Positions 57,820-64,000 of a stretch of DNA of 64,000 nt are shown here, piece by piece. The DNA comes from a virus. The notes under the pieces are model-generated. The model was not told where the DNA came from. It ran no database searches and was given only the letters and a program-made list of their open reading frames with translations. Where the stretch lies: positions 9,143-73,142 of IMG/VR virus record IMGVR_UViG_3300006735_000027, one strand, 5' to 3'. The position numbers and the translations under genes were made by a program. Positions within the stretch are counted from its first letter, which is position 1. Every line of letters starts with the position of its first letter.

Positions 57820-58037
57820 ATGCCGCCGAGCATGAAGAACGCGCCAAAGAGACCTGCCACCAGATAAGCCATGGTGTCGCTGTCTAATTGACCCGAGGCC
57901 AGAAGTAGAATGGCTCCGAGTGCCACGATGATGGAAAGCAGTTGCACCATCACCATGTCGATGATGACGCTCTTCATAGGTGCAAAAATCTCCATGGTCG
58001 TCGAAGCAAAGCCGTACATTGAATCCTGAATCATCAT
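57795..58037 (-). CDS. Small membrane protein with 2 TM segments (GTPase operon gene 6)
   Basis: Hydrophobic segments are VIIDMVMVQLLSIIVALGAILLLA and MAYLVAGLFGAFFMLGGIY. It has an ATGA overlap with the upstream gene. Confidence 0.75.
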   Translation of the reverse strand: MMIQDSMYGFASTTMEIFAPMKSVIIDMVMVQLLSIIVALGAILLLASGQLDSDTMAYLVAGLFGAFFMLGGIYSRISEI

Positions 58038-58675
58038 CTCATCCCCATCATTTTGCCCATGAAGGTACCTGCGGCACCGCCAGCCTTGTCCATGAAACCG
58101 TCATTAGCCAGTGCGGCACTCAGAGCGCCACCCATCATGCTTTGTTGAGCAAATGTTGCGATTTGCTGTTGCTGCATTTCAGCCTGCTGAATGTTCTGCT
58201 GACTGGTCATCTTCAAAGAATTGAACTGACTGGTAACGTTCTCCGCACTCATGGTCTGCAAGTTGGATGGTAGGCTCGTGATGTCCATTTTCATGGAGCC
58301 TTCGTCTTCGTCAATCGTGAACACCGCGTTCTTGAGAATCTCAAGCACTGAGAACGACACAAGGTCATTCATCATCTGCAAGAGTGTGGCCATGCTGGCC
58401 CCTGCGATGAAGCGGTCAATAGGAGCGAGCGTGCGCATCAACGCCATTTGAATTTCCATCTCACTGGGCGGCGCCACTGGTTGTTGCATCATGCCCTGCT
58501 GCATGCCCATACCACCAGCCATACCACCCATGAATGGATGCTGCTGCGCTTGTTGCATCATACCACCTTGAGATGCGAATGGGTTTCCAAAGGATTGAGA
58601 GCCTGCTCCCGACTGAGGCATACCCCCACTGGCACCCAAATTAAGTGCCCCAGAGTTCTGCTGATTACCAAACAT
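58034..58675 (-). CDS. Gln/Met/Gly-rich protein (GTPase operon gene 5)
   Basis: The start MFGNQQ follows a GGGAGG RBS. A low-complexity N-terminus precedes a helical core. Confidence 0.7.
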   Translation of the reverse strand: MFGNQQNSGALNLGASGGMPQSGAGSQSFGNPFASQGGMMQQAQQHPFMGGMAGGMGMQQGMMQQPVAPPSEMEIQMALMRTLAPIDRFIAGASMATLLQMMNDLVSFSVLEILKNAVFTIDEDEGSMKMDITSLPSNLQTMSAENVTSQFNSLKMTSQQNIQQAEMQQQQIATFAQQSMMGGALSAALANDGFMDKAGGAAGTFMGKMMGMR

Positions 58676-58688
58676 TTCATCGCCTCCC

Positions 58689-59699
58689 TTACTGTGTGAA
58701 CAGTCCCGGCTCACTTTGAGGCAGTTCGGCCTGAGCCATAGAGGCTTCGACGACCGGATTGCTCTGCGCTACGTTGTGAGCCGGGCGCTGCATGATGCCC
58801 AAATTGGTGATGGCATCGGATAACTGCGGTCGTGTGGCCAGCACTTCTTTTTGGAACAAGCGGAGGTCAAACACAATCATGGTCACGTCATTGATACCTG
58901 TCTCTGGATTCTGATAGTGAAGGAGATTGATGCCCGGTTGCACCTTGGAATCCTTCTCCAGTTCCATGAAAAACGACTCGTACTTCTTGAGAAATTCAGG
59001 CGTGTTGTCCTTCTTCCTAACCACAGCGATTGGAACGGCCACAGTCGAAACACCTTTCTTGACCATTTCACGCATACCGGTCTTGGTCTTGTTGTGGTCC
59101 TTGTCGTTTTCAGACTCCCACTTGCAGAGCAAATGGTAGAGGTGCAAGTGCTCAGGGCAATACGTCCCCTTCATCTTGGCACCGTTGGTGACCTTTTCTC
59201 TTGCCACGAAGGGCTCAGGTGTCTGCGTCACCGGGTTGCGCCAGTAGAGTTCCCACAGACTTTTGCCTGTCTGCTCATCAGTAATCTTGGCATACAAATT
59301 GTCGTACTGAATGAGTTCTTCGCAATTGCAGCCATCGACCACGCACAAGTTGCTTTGTCGGTTATACCGATACTTGAGGCCGCCCAACCAACGAAGCGGG
59401 TTGTACCAAGGGCGCTTGGTCGGCTTGAGCAACTTCCGCGCTTGACGAATGTCTTGCTTGCGAGCCTTACGAGGGTCAGGGTGTCGGCTGGGGTAGAAGT
59501 TGACCTTTGGCACTTCGATGTTCTGCTTGCCTGCCATTTGTCGCATACCCTGCTGAGCGGCCTGCATCTCCAACAACTGTTCGTGACTGGCGTTCCCTTG
59601 CTGACTTAGAGCCACCAAATGGGCCTGACTCATTGTGGCAAGCCCTGCATCACTTTGCGGCACTTGCCCATATCCACCAAATCGCTTGCTCATCATCAT
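58689..59699 (-). CDS. Hypothetical protein with Cys/His metal-binding motifs (GTPase operon gene 4)
   Basis: It has CVVDGCNC...YCPEH and an aromatic/basic stretch KRPWYNPLRWLGGLKY. A GGTGA RBS precedes ATG 59699. Confidence 0.7.
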   Translation of the reverse strand: MMMSKRFGGYGQVPQSDAGLATMSQAHLVALSQQGNASHEQLLEMQAAQQGMRQMAGKQNIEVPKVNFYPSRHPDPRKARKQDIRQARKLLKPTKRPWYNPLRWLGGLKYRYNRQSNLCVVDGCNCEELIQYDNLYAKITDEQTGKSLWELYWRNPVTQTPEPFVAREKVTNGAKMKGTYCPEHLHLYHLLCKWESENDKDHNKTKTGMREMVKKGVSTVAVPIAVVRKKDNTPEFLKKYESFFMELEKDSKVQPGINLLHYQNPETGINDVTMIVFDLRLFQKEVLATRPQLSDAITNLGIMQRPAHNVAQSNPVVEASMAQAELPQSEPGLFTQ

Positions 59700-59707
59700 A
59701 TTCACCT

Positions 59708-60430
59708 TCAAATCGTAAGGAGGTCCATCATTGAATTTTCTACGTTCCAGCCAATGCGCGTCGCCATCATACCCCTCTTCGTAGGAATCCCCGCCTTTTG
59801 AAGACGGACGAGGTCTTCGCGGAACGGGTCGTACATCTTGTGCTCACCGAGCCGCTGTTGCTGCCAAAGAACGTTGGCTTGTTCATCCCACCAATGGTCT
59901 GCCTTATTTGCCACGAGCATGATGACCTTCGGAACGTACTTCTTCCCCTTCATCCAAGAACGTAGGTTGCGATAGCGGTACTGCCGATGAAGCAAAGCGT
60001 CGACGAGGTACTTGAACCCGCCAACGGCCTGTATTGCGGGGTCACCGCCCTTCGCACTGCGATGGTCAAAAAGAAACACGACTGACTCAACCTGACGATT
60101 GACCATGTCGTCAATCCAAAGGTTCCAGAACCGCTCTTCTCCGCCAATGTCGCTTGAGTACACAACGCGCGTATCGCCCTTATACGACACGCGTTTCCTC
60201 GTTGGGGAAGGAAGTAAAAAGCGGTTGATACCGGGCACCTTGAAGTGCTTGGTGCGTTCTTCAATGGGAATCTCCTCCATCTCTCCGGGGGTGGTCATGT
60301 ATCGGTCAAGAGTCGTTTTGCCTACCAGAGGAGGACCATAGACGCCGACGCGTCGCGGTTTCCAGTAATGCCATAATTCACGAGCAAACACCATGCCTCC
60401 GACGAGTGCTGTACCACCAATCGCCGTCAA
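59708..60430 (-). CDS. Small Ras-superfamily (Arf-like) GTPase with N-terminal hydrophobic helix
   Basis: Motifs are G1 GPPLVGKTT, G2 ERT, G3 DIGGE, VVFLFD, G4 VANKAD and G5-like MAT. The N-terminus is AIGGTALVGGMVFARELW. Confidence 0.85.
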   Translation of the reverse strand: MTAIGGTALVGGMVFARELWHYWKPRRVGVYGPPLVGKTTLDRYMTTPGEMEEIPIEERTKHFKVPGINRFLLPSPTRKRVSYKGDTRVVYSSDIGGEERFWNLWIDDMVNRQVESVVFLFDHRSAKGGDPAIQAVGGFKYLVDALLHRQYRYRNLRSWMKGKKYVPKVIMLVANKADHWWDEQANVLWQQQRLGEHKMYDPFREDLVRLQKAGIPTKRGMMATRIGWNVENSMMDLLTI

Positions 60431-60431
60431 A

Positions 60432-60689
60432 TCAGTCCCTCCACGAAAAAATACTGTCCGACCACGACTGTAGTTTCAACTTCAACCAGTCACCTGTGAC
60501 TTCCCACAGACTCCAATCACTGTAGAACTCGATGCCACTGATGGTGAAACCGGTGATGATGGAAAACACAATGGCCTTGAGCCAGCCCCAGCCACGCTCG
60601 TAAGCCACGTCAACGGTGTTGGCGATGTGCATGCTGCGCAGCGTTTCCTCAACAGCATCGTCCGACGGCGTCTTGAAGATGCGCCCCAC
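60432..60689 (-). CDS. Small membrane protein with 1 TM segment (GTPase operon gene 2)
   Basis: It has GWGWLKAIVFSIITGFTISGI and a Trp-rich amphipathic C-terminus. Confidence 0.75.
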   Translation of the reverse strand: MGRIFKTPSDDAVEETLRSMHIANTVDVAYERGWGWLKAIVFSIITGFTISGIEFYSDWSLWEVTGDWLKLKLQSWSDSIFSWRD

Positions 60690-60695
60690 GCATCA

Positions 60696-61250
60696 TCACT
60701 CCTTCTTCTTGAACTTCCCATCAGGCCCGCGCTCGCGCTTTGCTTCTTCTTCGGATGTGAAGTCCAGACCAAGGCTGAGTGGTGCCGTAGGCTTGGGTTC
60801 TTCGGGAACAAAGTCAACCGTCGAAGACGTGCGTCCAGTCAACCTTGCCTCAATCCAAGGGGGCGTCTTACCGGGATTCTTCTCCATCCACTGAAGTTCG
60901 GCCTCCAACTGAGCCTCCTGCATGCGCATCTCCATGTCTTGGCGACGACGGTCAAAGGTCATCTCCATCGAGCGGTAGCGATTTTTGCGCTGACGTTCCA
61001 TGGACGAAGCACGTGCGCGCTCGTCCATGCCCTGCTGAAAGAACATCTTGAACAGGTAATAGGCCAAGCCTTGCACAGCGAAAGCGGCCATAGCATAGGT
61101 CACACCGTTCAAACTTGGCTCATCCAATTCAAGCCAGATGCCCGCATCGAAGATGGCGATGGCCAGTCCGATGGTGACGGCTTGAGTCAGAATCAGACCC
61201 ATCAATCGAATTTCTGCTTGGTCTCCGCGAGGTGGTTCAAGGTTGCTCAC
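60696..61250 (-). CDS. Membrane protein with 2 TM segments and a coiled coil (GTPase operon gene 1)
   Basis: TM segments LMGLILTQAVTIGLAIAIF and VTYAMAAFAVQGLAYYLF are followed by a charged coiled coil. A GGGGGAG RBS precedes the GTG start. Confidence 0.78.
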   Translation of the reverse strand: MSNLEPPRGDQAEIRLMGLILTQAVTIGLAIAIFDAGIWLELDEPSLNGVTYAMAAFAVQGLAYYLFKMFFQQGMDERARASSMERQRKNRYRSMEMTFDRRRQDMEMRMQEAQLEAELQWMEKNPGKTPPWIEARLTGRTSSTVDFVPEEPKPTAPLSLGLDFTSEEEAKRERGPDGKFKKKE

Positions 61251-61287
61251 GCTGTTCTCCCCCTGATTGGCGGACGAGTACGGGCCT

Positions 61288-61293
61288 CTTAAA
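61288..61293 (-). promoter_or_regulatory. Putative TATA box (TTTAAG) for the GTPase operon
   Basis: It lies in the 142-nt intergenic gap, 38 nt above GTG 61250, leaving room for a short leader with the RBS. Confidence 0.5.
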
Positions 61294-61337
61294 CAGGCAC
61301 CCTACCCACTTAAGTACACCAAAATGGCGGAGCGGAG

Positions 61338-61371
61338 GACCGAGAGGGAGGCAAAGCCCTCCACCCCGGTC
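61338..61371 (-). terminator. GC-rich hairpin after the 338-aa gene (putative terminator/processing site)
   Basis: The minus-strand GACCGGGG-T-GGAGG-GCTTTG-CCTCC-C-TCTCGGTC forms a two-part stem. It is followed by a pyrimidine-rich stretch with only a short T run. Confidence 0.4.
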
Positions 61372-61392
61372 AAATGCAGGCAGTCATCTGCC

Positions 61393-62409
61393 TTAGTCTT
61401 CCTTCTTTTCGGAGTCCAACTTTTCCCGCTTGCCGTTCTTCGACGGTCCGGGTCCAGCCTTGGAGCCAATGACGATGACCATGCCATGCGCAGGCTTCTT
61501 GCTCTTGTCGGCCTTGGCCATGCAGTGCATCTTTCCAAGGCAGTCTTTCTTGTTGCAGGTAGCACAGACGTCCTTCTTGGTAAGGTGCATCTCGTGCATT
61601 CGCGTGTTCACTTCTTTGAGCAACTGGTCTCCAATTCGCATATTCTCACCTGTTTTGACGCCGAATCCTCCAAACTCCTGTTGCCCCTCGAATCCGGTCA
61701 GCGCCTGATTACCCCGAGCGAGCGTGGGGTCAAAAATGACTCGGTCAGCCGTGGCGTTGCTGCTGACGTTCGCAAGGTCACCCGTACCACCCTGCCCAAA
61801 GCCCGCGGTACCAAGCCGACCGGCTTCCTGTCCACCGAATGAGGATGAATCTGTTGGAGGGAGGTCAAATGGATTGAGGAGATTGGTCAGGGCAACTCCT
61901 GCAGCGGGACCATACTGGCCGAGTGCCTGAACTGCGCGTCCGCCGTGACGAACAAACTTGTTACCACCAACGGAAGAAAGACCCCGTCCCACCGCGCCAC
62001 GAGCACCACCCGTGTAGCGAACAGAAGGGCCGGCTCTCGCTGCAGCGGCCGCTCTTGCACCCTGTCCTGCACGAACACCCTTACCGGTAAGTCGAACATA
62101 TCCTCCCGGACCCACACCTTGGAGTGCACCTGTTGCCGCTCCGGCGACACGTTGCCCCGTAGTCGGGTCTTCTATGACGTGCTCTCCAGCAATGCCAGCG
62201 GTGACTGGGTCTCGGAACGTTGCACCTGCATGTATGCCGGGGTCAAGGCGACCGGTTTCTGGATTAACGAAGCGCCCACCGTAACCTTGGTATGCGCCAA
62301 CTCCTCCAAACGCGCCTGCTGCAATCAAAGCAGCGAGTGGAATTGCCTTTTCGATGTGCAAGGCTTCCCATGCCGGCTCAAACGAGGACTCCGGCATGTT
62401 GTCCCCCAC
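61393..62409 (-). CDS. Gly/Ala-rich protein with hydrophobic glycine-zipper segments (putative internal/pilot protein)
   Basis: It has AWEALHIEKA-IPLAALIAAGAFGGVGAY, many GxxxG motifs, and a C-terminal CATC...C...HC with a basic tail. Confidence 0.6.
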   Translation of the reverse strand: MGDNMPESSFEPAWEALHIEKAIPLAALIAAGAFGGVGAYQGYGGRFVNPETGRLDPGIHAGATFRDPVTAGIAGEHVIEDPTTGQRVAGAATGALQGVGPGGYVRLTGKGVRAGQGARAAAAARAGPSVRYTGGARGAVGRGLSSVGGNKFVRHGGRAVQALGQYGPAAGVALTNLLNPFDLPPTDSSSFGGQEAGRLGTAGFGQGGTGDLANVSSNATADRVIFDPTLARGNQALTGFEGQQEFGGFGVKTGENMRIGDQLLKEVNTRMHEMHLTKKDVCATCNKKDCLGKMHCMAKADKSKKPAHGMVIVIGSKAGPGPSKNGKREKLDSEKKED

Positions 62410-62587
62410 GGCACCTGTCGAAATAAGCCTGCCGAATGAATTGGTACTGCTCTGCAGCCTCCATCAGCAGACAGAGCGCCTCAGGAGAGCCGTCGCTGTA
62501 TTTCTCCATCTGATGAACGTTGAATTCCGCCACACGCAACATTTCGAGGAAGAGGTCTTCCCACCAATCGTAGACATTTTCAGCCAT
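62378..62587 (-). CDS. Hypothetical protein (69 aa)
   Basis: ATG 62587 (MAENVYDWW) overlaps the upstream gene end and fills the gap. Confidence 0.5.
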   Translation of the reverse strand: MAENVYDWWEDLFLEMLRVAEFNVHQMEKYSDGSPEALCLLMEAAEQYQFIRQAYFDRCRGGQHAGVLV

Positions 62588-63167
62588 TCTTGACGAGCAC
62601 AAGCCCAGCGGGGTCCATGAGGGTTTCGGACTTAAGCGTACCCCTCGACTTGAAATGTCGGGCTCGGTTGGCATGCGGGCTCTCTGCAACGAGCGTACCT
62701 CGCTTGGTATGGCTCATGTCGGGGCCACCCTTGCCCTCAATACCTCGCTTTCGACGCTCTCGCTTGAGGTCCGAGCGATACTTCACGCGCTCTGGCGTGG
62801 ACTCGTACTTCGTGTCGTACTCCAACTTGTGACGCTTGGCTTCAGGCGAGACTGGATTTTTCAAAACGAGCACGCTCTTGACGACGGTCGGCTTCCCACC
62901 GACACCCTGCTTCTTTGCACGCTTGCGCTTGGTCGCCGCGCGCTTCTGACCGCTGGTCATTTCACCGCTGGTCTTCGGCGTTTTGGAACTGACGCGCACA
63001 GACGGGCGGCACTTAGGGTAACCTTTGCGCCCCTTCTTGGCTTTCGAGCGACCGCAAGGCGGATGCTTACCGTCCTTACCTCGACGGCTGACGTCGACCC
63101 ACTTCTCCTTGAACCAGCGGTTCAAGTCCTTCACCACGAGGGTGTCGTAGCAGGTGCAGTGCTCCAT
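62580..63167 (-). CDS. Very basic two-domain protein with an HNH-like C-terminal part
   Basis: The N-part LNRWFKEKWVDV...CGRS...YPKCRP is a motif I recall from marine virus proteins. The C-part KYES...GPDMSH...ESPHANRAR resembles a degenerate HNH. Confidence 0.6.
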   Translation of the reverse strand: MEHCTCYDTLVVKDLNRWFKEKWVDVSRRGKDGKHPPCGRSKAKKGRKGYPKCRPSVRVSSKTPKTSGEMTSGQKRAATKRKRAKKQGVGGKPTVVKSVLVLKNPVSPEAKRHKLEYDTKYESTPERVKYRSDLKRERRKRGIEGKGGPDMSHTKRGTLVAESPHANRARHFKSRGTLKSETLMDPAGLVLVKNG

Positions 63168-63172
63168 GCGAA

Positions 63173-63583
63173 TCAGCCCCTTTTCTCCTGATTCTGCTTG
63201 GACGTTTTATCGTCCTTGATTGGGCCACCTGCTGCCCACGTATAGCAGGTCCTGTCTTTGTGGCACTTGAAATCGTGCATCCAGCAATAACCCAAGTCGC
63301 CTTCCAGCGGCATGCACTCTTGCATGCGGGGACTCACGTCGAAGGCAATGCAGTTGCTGCAGTTTGACTGCTTTGCGACGTCGACTGTGGTGTTCCAGTG
63401 CTCGGCTGCATCTTCCCAATATTGCTCGTCCGTAAGATTGAGTGGACCGTATCTGATGTGCTCGGATTTGATGGCGGCGTTCCGATTCTTGGTGTTCAAT
63501 TCCAAATCGCGCGTTGCTCGGGGGCATGTTTGCCGCTGCTTAAGTAAATCCCAAGCGATTTCGAGCATCGGCTGGGACATCAT
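63173..63583 (-). CDS. Cys-rich protein with HiPIP-like Cys spacing
   Basis: It has CSNCIAF...LGYC..HDFKC...RTCYTW. The start MMSQP has an ATGA overlap with the upstream stop. Confidence 0.6.
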   Translation of the reverse strand: MMSQPMLEIAWDLLKQRQTCPRATRDLELNTKNRNAAIKSEHIRYGPLNLTDEQYWEDAAEHWNTTVDVAKQSNCSNCIAFDVSPRMQECMPLEGDLGYCWMHDFKCHKDRTCYTWAAGGPIKDDKTSKQNQEKRG

Positions 63584-63996
63584 TTCTTCTTCCCCTTCTT
63601 CTTGCGGAACTTCCCTTTGCAGTATTGCACGGCCCAACCGTTGGCGTAGGCTGAGGGGTAGACCTTGAATTTCCGCTTGGCTGCAGCCTTGCCCGCAGGG
63701 CAGAGTTTCTTTTCCAAGAAGTCAAAGGCTGCATTGGTGCCGAGACAGTGACCGCATTCGCAACCTTTACTGACGTCTTCTGGGCGATGCGTGTAAATGT
63801 CGCCGTCTTCGTGAACGAAAAGGATGTCCCGACGAACCATGTCGTCGATTTTCGCCTTGAGTTTGCCCGCATCAGGCTCGATGCTCCTCAAGTTTTTCAT
63901 GCCCAAGGCACCACCTTCCTTCTCAATTTCACGAAGGATGGCTTGCTCGATGTCCTTTGATTGTTTGACGAGAATGAACGTGTTCAACAGTTCCAC
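63580..63996 (-). CDS. Basic protein with wHTH-like N-part and a YPSAYAN motif
   Basis: It ends in KLCPAGKAAAKRKFKVYPSAYANGWAVQYCKGK. The GTG start is at the window edge, so the ORF may extend beyond it. Confidence 0.6.
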   Translation of the reverse strand: MELLNTFILVKQSKDIEQAILREIEKEGGALGMKNLRSIEPDAGKLKAKIDDMVRRDILFVHEDGDIYTHRPEDVSKGCECGHCLGTNAAFDFLEKKLCPAGKAAAKRKFKVYPSAYANGWAVQYCKGKFRKKKGKKK

Positions 63997-64000
63997 CTCC

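Larger units (their letters stand above)
1..64000. mobile_element. Tailed archaeal virus genome segment (magrovirus-like Caudoviricetes)
   Basis: The window has a full HK97-type morphogenesis set (TerL, portal, protease, MCP, tail), archaeal-type replication genes and a thermosome. Genes are densely packed with ATGA/TGATG overlaps, and no cellular housekeeping context or integrase is visible. Confidence 0.92.

Noticed and set aside
57795-58037. Classical holin-endolysin lysis cassette
   Set aside because: The 2-TM protein is holin-sized, but there is no adjacent endolysin-like enzyme. A holin-like role stays possible only as part of the GTPase-operon hypothesis.
61251-61392. tRNA or other structured ncRNA in the largest intergenic gap
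   Set aside because: I found no cloverleaf or T-loop consensus, only one hairpin and a TATA-like box. A covariance search would be needed to exclude a small RNA.

Overview
This window is a 64-kb segment of a head-tailed (Caudoviricetes, HK97-fold) virus genome that very probably infects archaea. Support for an archaeal host comes from a group II chaperonin (thermosome), an archaeo-eukaryotic primase with a PriL-type Fe-S domain, an ERCC4 nuclease, an MCM-like ATPase, GGAGG/GGTGA ribosome-binding sites and TATA-like boxes about 25 nt upstream of start codons. Gene content and layout fit what I recall of magroviruses (viruses of Marine Group II Poseidoniales); this is recognition, not a database result. 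Bases 1-6183 (+) hold the end of the replication block. Bases 6191-64000 (nearly all -) hold the virion block: putative internal proteins, a six-gene membrane/small-GTPase operon, TerS, TerL, a LAGLIDADG protein, a Zn-ribbon portal, a 1915-aa protein ending in a degenerate DNA-ligase fold, protease/scaffold, major capsid protein, neck, tail tube, tail chaperones with a -1 frameshift signal, a 141-aa tape-measure-like gene, two paralogous distal-tail-like proteins, a 5241-aa LamG protein, hub and tail fibre. The best candidate for an undescribed system is the Arf-like small GTPase operon with three membrane proteins (57795-61250). Next are a possible short-tail plus ejected-protein architecture and a recurrent hydrophobic-hydrophobic-Lys motif that may mark prohead-protease substrates. 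All assignments come from reading motifs by eye; no searches were run. I saw no tRNA, rRNA, CRISPR array or integrase.
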